From IMG/VR virus record IMGVR_UViG_3300048786_000038, positions 1 through 54,186 of that record: 54,186 bases of DNA; one strand, written 5' to 3'. This DNA comes from a virus (taxonomy: Duplodnaviria > Caudoviricetes). The notes beneath the pieces were generated by a model. It saw only the letters and a list, made by a program, of their open reading frames with translations, made no database searches and was not told the DNA's origin. Each line of letters opens with the position of its first letter. Position 1 is the first letter of the stretch. Positions 9,094 to 16,708 of this stretch are shown piece after piece. A program made the translations under genes and the position numbers.

Positions 9094-9695
9094 GCCTTGC
9101 CTCGCAATCGCTGGAAGAATCCACGGCGCGGAATGACGGCCGTCTCCCCGGGTAGAGGGTTCAGGCGATTCCAGATCTCGACAGCCTTCGCCATAGTAGC
9201 GCCTCGACATTCGATCGCGTGCGACTTCAGATCGTTATAGCAGTAGACAGTTATGAAATCGCTCACATCATCATCATAAGGCTTGCCACCGCACAAAACG
9301 CATGGATTGATTGTCATATTTCCTCCGATCCTTTGATAGACTTGCATAACAGAACGAGCATAGCGCAGGCCTTTTGCATCACAACGCCAGCCGCGATTGT
9401 AGTAGCACGCCGCCCGCACGGGGTCGTAGCGTGCACGCAACAGGCACAGCGCAAGGAATGTCGAGCCGTCCATGAGGCCCGGATGCCAGCGGCTATTGAT
9501 CTGCCACAGGCCGCGATCCACGCTGCCATCAAAGTTTATGTGGCGCGCCCGGGGGTTAAACTGCGACTCGCGCTCCACGATTGCAACGGCCAGCACGGGG
9601 TCCACGGATGCCGCGCGCGCCGCAGCGGCCACTTGCAAGACAAGCGGTGCGGGGCGACCGAGTGCAAAGGCGAGGAGTGCGACGGTGAGGATCAT
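9090..9695 (-). CDS. Lytic transglycosylase (SLT) domain with signal peptide, in frame with a Lar-like Zn-finger domain (internal start 9317)
   Basis: AIVERESQFNP, DRGLWQIN, YYN; then PCVLCGG...AVEIWNR with GGAGG before ATG 9317. Confidence 0.75.
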   Translation of the reverse strand: MILTVALLAFALGRPAPLVLQVAAAARAASVDPVLAVAIVERESQFNPRARHINFDGSVDRGLWQINSRWHPGLMDGSTFLALCLLRARYDPVRAACYYNRGWRCDAKGLRYARSVMQVYQRIGGNMTINPCVLCGGKPYDDDVSDFITVYCYNDLKSHAIECRGATMAKAVEIWNRLNPLPGETAVIPRRGFFQRLRGKA

Positions 9696-9904
9696 GCCGT
9701 AGACTCCGCTGGTGCAGCCTCGGGCTTTCTCGGGTAGCCGCGCTCATCAATAAGCCGATAGCCGGCGCGCTCGACCATGAAATTGATGAGCTGGCATTTG
9801 TTCGGCGAGTCGTGCATGCTGAGCGGGCTGACGATTGTCTTGCCGTAGACCCGTATGCCCGCCGATTGCAGGCCTTTTAGAATCTTTTCCTCTGTGAGAT
9901 TCAC
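9692..9904 (-). CDS. Hypothetical protein
   Basis: GGAGG upstream; overlapping start/stop codons. Confidence 0.55.
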   Translation of the reverse strand: MNLTEEKILKGLQSAGIRVYGKTIVSPLSMHDSPNKCQLINFMVERAGYRLIDERGYPRKPEAAPAESTA

Positions 9905-10209
9905 GTCTTTCCTCCTTTTAACTCCGCCACGCGCTGTAGGCGATACTCGACGAGCAGCTCGCGTACCGCTCCCATGGCGCGCGCACCCAGAGCGTGCGGA
10001 TCATGCCGCCAGAATACGCCGTTGGTATGGCGCTCGCATTCGCGGTCCCAATCCAGCATGCCCTTGGCCAAGTCCACCCACACATTGGTGTAGGCTTCAC
10101 TCACGGAAAACGCGATATACAGACGGTCCGCCCCGCGCTTCTGCCAGCGGGTGACGCTATTGATTCCGGGAATCGCCCGTATGCGCGAGGAAAGCATGCC
10201 GGGGGTCAT
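9901..10209 (-). CDS. Hypothetical protein
   Basis: WQKRGADRLYI motif; coupled to neighbours. Confidence 0.55.
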   Translation of the reverse strand: MTPGMLSSRIRAIPGINSVTRWQKRGADRLYIAFSVSEAYTNVWVDLAKGMLDWDRECERHTNGVFWRHDPHALGARAMGAVRELLVEYRLQRVAELKGGKT

Positions 10210-10436
10210 CTTCCGTCGTCCTTTTCCGCGTCCAGCACCACGCGGAGGCTTAAAACAATCTGTCGCGCATTATTCAGGTAATGCAGGAAGTCCTCCGTAT
10301 CGCGTGCGGCGGCCGCCTGCGTAAGAAGTTTTTCCACGCGCGCAAGGCTCTTGCTGATCAGGCAGTCGTCCATCACACGCCCGAAAACGCACACGGGGAT
10401 GATCCAGATCAAATGCCATGCGGAAATCATACGCAC
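10206..10436 (-). CDS. Hypothetical protein (start uncertain)
   Basis: Stop overlaps the next ATG. Confidence 0.4.
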   Translation of the reverse strand: MRMISAWHLIWIIPVCVFGRVMDDCLISKSLARVEKLLTQAAAARDTEDFLHYLNNARQIVLSLRVVLDAEKDDGR

Positions 10437-10594
10437 CTCCTTTCAAATGTTGCCCGTCTCTCCGGGCTGTCACGGAATGGAGCTTGAATTGCGTTCCGTC
10501 AGCTCTTTTCACGTCGCTCCCCGACGCCGCCTCTTTTAGTTGGTTAGGGGCGGGTTTGCCTTGAATCCGGGCCAGGATTTACCAACGGCAAGGA

Positions 10595-10652
10595 TGGAAG
10601 CGGCAGGAGTCGAACCTGTAGCCGGGCCATATATATTATCCCGACCGCTCCC
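10595..10652 (-). ncRNA. D-armless tRNA-like element
   Basis: Acceptor-like stem GGGAGCG/CGCTTCC plus A; T-arm CAGG-TTCGACT-CCTG; one central hairpin. Confidence 0.55.
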
Positions 10653-10831
10653 GAATTGGGGCCGAAAGCCGAATCCTCTCGGCCCATGACTACACGAGAG
10701 AAACCGTTGAATGTCTGTCCCTTCTACGCTTTGCCTCCTTTCAGAAAGCGGGCGGAGTCGATGTGAGGCCGTGGCGTCACAAGCCCCCGCCCTAAGCGCC
10801 CGGCCGAAACACGGTGCGCGTTATCCCCAGC

Positions 10832-11719
10832 TTAGAAGATGTCCGGAGCACTGCCAGGCAGGCCGAGCTCGCCCTGTTCCGCCGCGGGTGCCGCGCTTGC
10901 CTTCACATCGGGCGCGGGGGCCACCGCTGCCACGGCTTCCTTGATGATCGTCTGCCCGGCGTCGGCCAGCTGTTTCTCGACGTCGGCGGCGCTTGCGCCT
11001 TTCTGCGCGGGCGCGTCCGGCGTCACGTCGATCGCTTCCTCTTCCTCGGCAAGCGGCTGCGGGATGACCTTCGCGATGTGCAGGTCGTAGAGGATCGCGT
11101 TGATCACGGTTTTCTCGCCCATGCCGTCGAAGGATGTCTGCCACGCGCCTCCGGCCTGGCTGTACGCCTTGCTGTACTTCTTCGCGTGCGCTTCCACCTG
11201 GGCGCGGGTCATCCACTTCACGAACGACCGCCCGGACTTCAGCATGACAAACGCGATGTACCCTTTGGCCCGGCCGCGTTCGCCCTGTGACGGGGTGAGC
11301 TCGAAATCGTCCCCGTGTGCCGTGCGCTTCAGGGTCAGGGTGTCTTTTTCGTAGACGGTATCCGCGCCGATGTACTCCACGGCCCCTGTGCGGTTTGCCA
11401 GCACGCACAGCCCGTTTTTCTCGCGCTGGTAGCGGATGGTGTCCCCGTAGGCGATGATGCACGCCTCCCCGTCCTGCGGGTTCAGCGACAGGCGATCCGC
11501 GGCGGCTTTCTGGAGCGAGCGCAGGAAGCTGATTTTACCGGTGTCCGTGGAAAGTGCCTGCCGCAGTTCCTTTTTCTCGTAGACCATAAGCGCGGCCTGA
11601 TTGAGAAATGCGCGCCGCTCGGACTTGTCGGGCAGGAATGCCTCGATGTCGGGTGTCCAGCCCACCAGCGCCTGCTTGACGTCGTGGTCGCTCACGGCGA
11701 TTGCGGTTGTATGCGCCAT
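10832..11719 (-). CDS. recT: RecT-family ssDNA annealing protein
   Basis: LSLNPQDGEACIIAY, ADTVYEKD, WQTSFDGMGEKTVI; next to a YqaJ exonuclease. Confidence 0.82.
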   Translation of the reverse strand: MAHTTAIAVSDHDVKQALVGWTPDIEAFLPDKSERRAFLNQAALMVYEKKELRQALSTDTGKISFLRSLQKAAADRLSLNPQDGEACIIAYGDTIRYQREKNGLCVLANRTGAVEYIGADTVYEKDTLTLKRTAHGDDFELTPSQGERGRAKGYIAFVMLKSGRSFVKWMTRAQVEAHAKKYSKAYSQAGGAWQTSFDGMGEKTVINAILYDLHIAKVIPQPLAEEEEAIDVTPDAPAQKGASAADVEKQLADAGQTIIKEAVAAVAPAPDVKASAAPAAEQGELGLPGSAPDIF

Positions 11720-11892
11720 CAGATTGCCTCGCCTTCAGGTTCGACCGTGAACGTGGCCGTGCTTTCCGAATTGTTGAATGCGACGCCAGTACAAATGACG
11801 TTGCCGCCCGCGTAGTTTTGCTCGTTCATCCACTCCTCGACGATCTCCATGAGCGTGGCCTGATTGAGCACAATCTGTCTTTTCCCCTTCAC
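11719..11892 (-). CDS. Small hypothetical protein (57 aa, MKGKRQIVLNQ...)
   Basis: Read manually; fills the gap between the exonuclease and recT. Confidence 0.55.
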   Translation of the reverse strand: MKGKRQIVLNQATLMEIVEEWMNEQNYAGGNVICTGVAFNNSESTATFTVEPEGEAI

Positions 11893-11904
11893 TCTCTCAC
11901 CCTC

Positions 11905-12987
11905 CTATCGAAAGATTTTGCCGTCGAAGCTGCCGAGCTTTTTCCCGGCGGCCGACATGAAGACCACTTTGTCCTGGCTTTCGGTATCGATGACCGCATC
12001 GCGTCCCATGCGCTTGCACACCGAGGAAAGCGTGAGCACCTTCAACTCCTCGGCGCGCTTGCCAAGGCGGCCACTTTCTTTGATTTCATCCTTGATCAAC
12101 TTGCGCTCGCTCACCCAGCGTTCCTCCTGCTCGGTCAGCACGATTGTGCCTACAGGCTCGGGGAATGCGCGGCGAATATCGTCGTAGCGCGTGAAGTCCG
12201 GTTCCTCGTTGCCCTTGATATAGCGCGCCCAGAAATCGGAATAGAACTCGACAAGCGTTTTCTGCAACGATGGCGATGCGGGCACAGGATACTGATGGAA
12301 AAACCCCATCTCGGCCATCGTCGATGCCCAGTGAATCGGTCGGCTCTCAAGGTCGATTGCAAATCCACCAGGAACAGCATGCTGCTTGTGAAGAGCATAC
12401 TTTCCAGGAGCACCAATTCCGCTCAATTCTTGCGTAACCCACCCCTCCTTCTCCCATTCGTCGACGCGCTTCGGGAAGGTCAGCACGCTCACGTTGCACT
12501 CGGATGCGCCCGTGCAGAGCATTTGGTGCTGGACCTGCACCTGGTATCCCTGCGGGACGCGGTCGGTGCCCGGCGTGCCCCAGGAGTCCCAGAAGTTCAT
12601 CATGCTGGTGGTCTTGCCTTCGTGGAGGGTCTCGAAGTTTTCGTAAACGCCGTCGATATGGCAGGTCACGTAGGCGTCATCCGTGAGGCTCACGGGATTC
12701 ACAAGGCACCCGCCGCTTTCAAGGTGGGCATACAGCCATTCACGATTCGTGATCCCCATCCCGCGCTTCGCCTCAGCCAACTCGATCACGCTGGACTCGA
12801 ACGCCGTGCCCCAGCGGATGGCCGCGTTGTCCGGGGGCTCGGGCAGCAGGTAGCCGTGTGCGGCATTCCAGCCGGGGTAGCATTCTTCCTTGAGCACCTG
12901 GAACGCCTCGAAGGCCGACTGATACTCCGACAGCCCAAGGATTGCCGACGCGCGCGAGCCCGAGATGCCACGGGGTGTGCTACCCAT
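11905..12987 (-). CDS. YqaJ-like (lambda exo family) exonuclease
   Basis: GISGSRASAILGLS, WGTAFE, CHIDG, EGKT, VPQGYQVQVQHQM. Confidence 0.88.
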   Translation of the reverse strand: MGSTPRGISGSRASAILGLSEYQSAFEAFQVLKEECYPGWNAAHGYLLPEPPDNAAIRWGTAFESSVIELAEAKRGMGITNREWLYAHLESGGCLVNPVSLTDDAYVTCHIDGVYENFETLHEGKTTSMMNFWDSWGTPGTDRVPQGYQVQVQHQMLCTGASECNVSVLTFPKRVDEWEKEGWVTQELSGIGAPGKYALHKQHAVPGGFAIDLESRPIHWASTMAEMGFFHQYPVPASPSLQKTLVEFYSDFWARYIKGNEEPDFTRYDDIRRAFPEPVGTIVLTEQEERWVSERKLIKDEIKESGRLGKRAEELKVLTLSSVCKRMGRDAVIDTESQDKVVFMSAAGKKLGSFDGKIFR

Positions 12988-13134
12988 GCTTTGCCAGCCT
13001 TCGCCTGATGTGGCGTTCGACGTTGCGCTGATGTCGGCGGGCAAGAGCACGCGCTGCCTGTGCGGCCTTCCAATCGTGGAAATCGCACTTCGCGTCCTTG
13101 ACGCCAAGGGATACCGCGAGACAATTGCAGTGAC

Positions 13135-13329
13135 TCATTTTTCCTCCCCTGTGAATGACTGGCCGTTACGGATGACGCTCTTGATATCGCCTGTGGTCGT
13201 GAACATGATCTTGATCCCGCTGTCGTGGATGGTCAGCGAGCGGTCGCGTTCCGTGAAACTCTCGGCGGTTGCCACCACGATAGCCGTGATCTTCTCGCGG
13301 TCGGTCATCTTCGTTGCTGGTGAACTCAT
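13135..13329 (-). CDS. Hypothetical protein, first gene of the leftward early operon
   Basis: ATG lies 7 nt after a -10 box. Confidence 0.6.
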   Translation of the reverse strand: MSSPATKMTDREKITAIVVATAESFTERDRSLTIHDSGIKIMFTTTGDIKSVIRNGQSFTGEEK

Positions 13330-13336
13330 GGACGTG

Positions 13337-13366
13337 ATTCTAAGCACAGACGGAGGGCGATTGCAA
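13337..13366 (-). promoter_or_regulatory. sigma70-type promoter, leaderless
   Basis: TTGCAA-18-TAGAAT-7-ATG. Confidence 0.7.
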
Positions 13367-13555
13367 GAAAAATCGAAAAGTATATTTTTCGAGCATTCGG
13401 GGTACATGGCACGCATTATGCTTTCTTGGAAAGTTCTCGCTCAAGGGAATCGACAGCCATTCTAACAAGATCACCCTGTGTCACTCGACGATTCAAAGAG
13501 ATTGACTGTTGCCATGACAATTGCTTCATCTTTTCAGCCGTCTCGTCTGGAATCC

Positions 13556-13795
13556 TCAAACAAATCTGAACCATGTTTTATTCTCCTTCGCTTTTTTGGG
13601 TGGTGTATGCGGAGCTCTGAATGTTGGTCCTTCATAGAAGAAATCATCAAGTGCTTTCAAGTCTGACTTGTTGATAGTCCTCTCCATTCCTTTGCCAATC
13701 ACAGGAATCTTGAATAGACGTATAATTGTCAAGATGCGATTTGGGGGTTTGTGAAGTATCTTTGACATTTCAACCAACGATATGGTATCATTCAT
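13556..13795 (-). CDS. Small basic putative HTH DNA-binding protein
   Basis: ISLVEMSKILHKPPNRILTII pattern; own promoter; AT-rich. Confidence 0.55.
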   Translation of the reverse strand: MNDTISLVEMSKILHKPPNRILTIIRLFKIPVIGKGMERTINKSDLKALDDFFYEGPTFRAPHTPPKKAKENKTWFRFV

Positions 13796-13801
13796 ACCTT
13801 T

Positions 13802-13830
13802 ACAATAGTCTATTTCAGATATAGTGTCAA
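13802..13830 (-). promoter_or_regulatory. sigma70-type promoter, leaderless
   Basis: TTGACA-17-TATTGT-6-ATG. Confidence 0.75.
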
Positions 13831-13839
13831 GGGTACAGC

Positions 13840-14145
13840 TAAATGTGTAATGTGATACTTTCGATGTAACTTGTTAATTCGATACACGGTATAACTTTAG
13901 TTGCCTAAATTACAAAATTACGAAAATTACCTGATCCGAGACAGCTTAGGGGCGGAACATTTATAAAGCCATTCCACCCGAAAAACTAAGCGCCAGATAA
14001 CGGAGTAGTATGTATGTAATGTAATGTAATTTGTTATTTATTATTCTTTCTTATTCTTATTCTTTATCTTGTATTGAATTAAAATTAGGGTCGTTACGCT
14101 ACGCCGAAAAACGAAGTCATAAAAGGTTACAAAGTTACAAAGACC
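13840..14145. other. Putative replication origin
   Basis: Non-coding and very AT-rich, at the divergence point of the two arms; many GTAA/TTAC repeats in both orientations; TTATTC repeats. Confidence 0.6.
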
Positions 14146-14153
14146 GATTTCCC

Positions 14154-14182
14154 TTGCAAATCCTCATCGGATGATCTACACT
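14154..14182 (+). promoter_or_regulatory. sigma70-type promoter, leaderless
   Basis: TTGCAA-17-TACACT-6-ATG(14189). Confidence 0.7.
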
Positions 14183-14188
14183 CACATC

Positions 14189-14968
14189 ATGGCATCAGAA
14201 CTTGGCGACATTCGAAGCAATTTCCTGCGCGTGGACATGAGCGCGTTCCAGAAGCTTCATACCTTCTTCGAGCGTGAACCTGTAGCTGCACGCCGGGCAT
14301 GTGCTGAGTTCATGAATTCGCTTGCTTTCAAATGGCGTCCGCTTGCCGTCACCGTGCTTGCATCGCGCCTCACCATGCGCGCACCGCGATTCATTCTCTC
14401 GCAGATGCGCGTGGAGAAAACCACAGCCAAGCCCATAGTGCGCCAAGTCGTCACCGTCGGCAGCGTGATCGTGCGCAAGGGTTCGCACATCAGCTTTGAC
14501 GGCTTCTACAGCTTGCAGACAGGCCGCAACCTTGAGCGCGATCGCAACCGCACCATGACGCTGTTCTCCCGCGGCGGGGAGCAATCGGGCATCGTCAAGC
14601 GCGGCTATCGTCTGCGGCCCGAGCTCGATATCCCGTCAACCGATGAGGCGCCTGTGGCAAGCGGATCACGCGCACAATTCCTCATCCGCGACATGGCAAA
14701 GAACGCGCCGAATAAGCCGTTCATCATCAAAGCAGGGCTGGGCTTCGCGCCGGGCCTCTACCGCATCAAACCCGGGCAGGGCCATGTGCTTCGCGGCGGC
14801 AGGATCGCGCCGAAGATCCAGATCATTCAGCGCTTCGGTCGTCGCCCGCATCATGAGCGCTGGAAGTGGATGAATGAAAGCGTCACGCGCCTGCTCAAGT
14901 ACGCACCGATATCACGCATGTGGACGCAGGCCATCGACCGCGTGACACGGGAGACGATGCCAAAATAG
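14189..14968 (+). CDS. Basic protein, possibly gpZ-like minor tail/neck protein
   Basis: Arg/Lys-rich; lies upstream of the terminase genes. Confidence 0.5.
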   Translation: MASELGDIRSNFLRVDMSAFQKLHTFFEREPVAARRACAEFMNSLAFKWRPLAVTVLASRLTMRAPRFILSQMRVEKTTAKPIVRQVVTVGSVIVRKGSHISFDGFYSLQTGRNLERDRNRTMTLFSRGGEQSGIVKRGYRLRPELDIPSTDEAPVASGSRAQFLIRDMAKNAPNKPFIIKAGLGFAPGLYRIKPGQGHVLRGGRIAPKIQIIQRFGRRPHHERWKWMNESVTRLLKYAPISRMWTQAIDRVTRETMPK

Positions 14969-14969
14969 C

Positions 14970-14998
14970 TTGACGCGACATGATGCGCGTGATATTGT
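14970..14998 (+). promoter_or_regulatory. sigma70-type promoter (extended -10), leaderless
   Basis: TTGACG-17-TGaTATTGT-6-ATG(15005). Confidence 0.7.
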
Positions 14999-15004
14999 TG
15001 TTGA

Positions 15005-15328
15005 ATGACAGTCGAACAATTCCGCGCACGCTTCACATAGGACGTTGATCCAAATACGGGATGCTGGACAAATCTAAAAGGTTATGGTGTCCGATCTTTA
15101 GAAGGGTATCCAGTCATTACACTGCATCGTTTCGAAGGAGCACCGAGGACATATCATAAGCAAACAAGTGGAGCCCGACGGGATATACGCGCCCCACGCC
15201 TTGTCTATCAAACATTCAAAGGCATAGTAGGAAATCTGACACCGAATCACTCTTGCAAGAACTTTTCTTGTTTCAATCCAGATCATCTATATCTGGGGAC
15301 ATTTCAAGAACAACGCAAAGCGGAAATT
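15005..15328 (+). pseudogene. N-terminal HNH-like domain interrupted by an in-frame TAG at codon 12
   Basis: MTVEQFRARFT*DVDPNTGCW...APRLVYQTFKG...NHSCKNFSCFNPDHL, in frame with the ORF at 15329. Confidence 0.7.
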
Positions 15329-15937
15329 GTGAAATGCCAGACGTGCGGCGAAAGAAAGTCTCGCGAGGAAATGAATCAACCGAATAATACACGGCGCCAC
15401 TATGTATGCAAAATCCATAGGGAAGAAGCCAAGACGAAACAAGCCGCGCAAAGGTTGGAGCGTGAGGAATTGCGCAAGGAGAAAGAACGAAAGAGATCGG
15501 AGCGAATTGAGAATAAGAAATCACCCGAAGAAAAAAGGAAAATCGGGAACAAAAGAAAAGTGCTTCTCTGGCGTGAGAAGTACAACAACGATCCTGCATT
15601 CTATGCGCTTGTCTGTTGTCGTCGTCGTGTTTCAAATCTTATCAAGAGCAACGGTATCATCGCTCCTTATCGAACACTCGAATTGATTGGATGTAGCGCA
15701 GATCAATTGATGCATCATATTGAATCACAATTCAAACAGGGAATGTCGTGGAAGAATAAAGGCAAGTGGCACATAGATCATATACGTCCATGTGCATCGT
15801 TCGATCTCACAGATCCAGCGCAGCAGAAAGAGTGCTTCCACTATCTCAATCTCCAACCCATGTGGGCAAAGCGCAACTACAAGAAGCACGACACATGGGA
15901 CGGGCAGCTTGACATGACTCATGCTCTCACAAAATAA
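15329..15937 (+). CDS. HNH endonuclease
   Basis: GMSWKNKGKWHIDHIRPCASFDL...CFHYLNLQPMWAKRN. Confidence 0.9.
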   Translation: MKCQTCGERKSREEMNQPNNTRRHYVCKIHREEAKTKQAAQRLEREELRKEKERKRSERIENKKSPEEKRKIGNKRKVLLWREKYNNDPAFYALVCCRRRVSNLIKSNGIIAPYRTLELIGCSADQLMHHIESQFKQGMSWKNKGKWHIDHIRPCASFDLTDPAQQKECFHYLNLQPMWAKRNYKKHDTWDGQLDMTHALTK

Positions 15938-16011
15938 TTCGATAGGTTCTTTGGCGGCATAGAATCGACGGCGCGCGTCCTGTCGCGACGGCCGCCGGCG
16001 ACCAGGCGCAA

Positions 16012-16059
16012 GGTTAACGTCCGGGTTAACTTGCCAAGCGGTTAACCCTATGGTATGCT
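16012..16059 (+). promoter_or_regulatory. Leaderless terS promoter with three GGTTAAC boxes
   Basis: TTGCCA-17-TGgTATGCT-7-GTG(16067); GGTTAAC at 16012, 16024 and 16040. Confidence 0.7.
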
Positions 16060-16066
16060 TTTCCCC

Positions 16067-16708
16067 GTGACTCAGGAAGAGTTTGCAAAGCGCGCGGGTG
16101 TTTCCCCTGTCGCGATTCATAAGGCGATCAAGTCGGGGCGCCTCGTAAAGACAAAGAACGGAATCGACCCCAATCATCCCTTGAGCGTCGAATACCTTGC
16201 ACGTCATAGCGCGGACGGAAAAAAAGCCGCACTCGATAAGCAGAAGCCCGCTCGGTCGAAGCGCGGGCGTCAGAACATCACGCAGATCAGCGCACAAACC
16301 GTGAACATCTCACCTCCGTCGGAAGATGCCAAGGATGAAGTACTACAGTTGGCCATGCAGGAGCGAGTGGAGAAAGTGAGAAAGCTTCGCATCCAGAATG
16401 CCATCGCCCGCGGCCAGTACATACAGCGCGAGGTGGTGCGCCTCTGGGGGAAGATGCTTTTCTCCGTCCTGCTTGCCGCATTCCGAGATCTGGATGAGCG
16501 CATCATGCCAACGATTTCCGCCGCGTGCCGATCGGCATCCTCGGAGGCTGAATCGATCGCCAAGGGCGGCGCAATTCTCAGAAAGGAACTACACGATGGC
16601 CTCGACAGCGTTGGAAAGGCAGCAGCGGATTTCCACGACGAACCTCCCGACCCGGCGCAGAGTGAGTTTGACGCCGGAGATTCTGCTGAAGGACTCGCAA
16701 TGGATTAG
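16067..16708 (+). CDS. Terminase small subunit
   Basis: N-terminal HTH (QEEFAKRAGVSPVAIHKAIKSGRL) and coiled coil; precedes the large subunit. Confidence 0.8.
   Translation: MTQEEFAKRAGVSPVAIHKAIKSGRLVKTKNGIDPNHPLSVEYLARHSADGKKAALDKQKPARSKRGRQNITQISAQTVNISPPSEDAKDEVLQLAMQERVEKVRKLRIQNAIARGQYIQREVVRLWGKMLFSVLLAAFRDLDERIMPTISAACRSASSEAESIAKGGAILRKELHDGLDSVGKAAADFHDEPPDPAQSEFDAGDSAEGLAMD

Noticed and set aside
10595-10652. Canonical tRNA or attP site
   Set aside because: No D arm or proper anticodon arm; far from the recombinase; no second copy seen
15038-15040. Genome-wide TAG recoding
   Set aside because: Many genes end at TAG directly before the next gene, and core genes have no internal TAG
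16398-16661. Long N-terminal extension of terL overlapping terS
   Set aside because: Reads as off-frame terS sequence; a start near 16662 is more plausible
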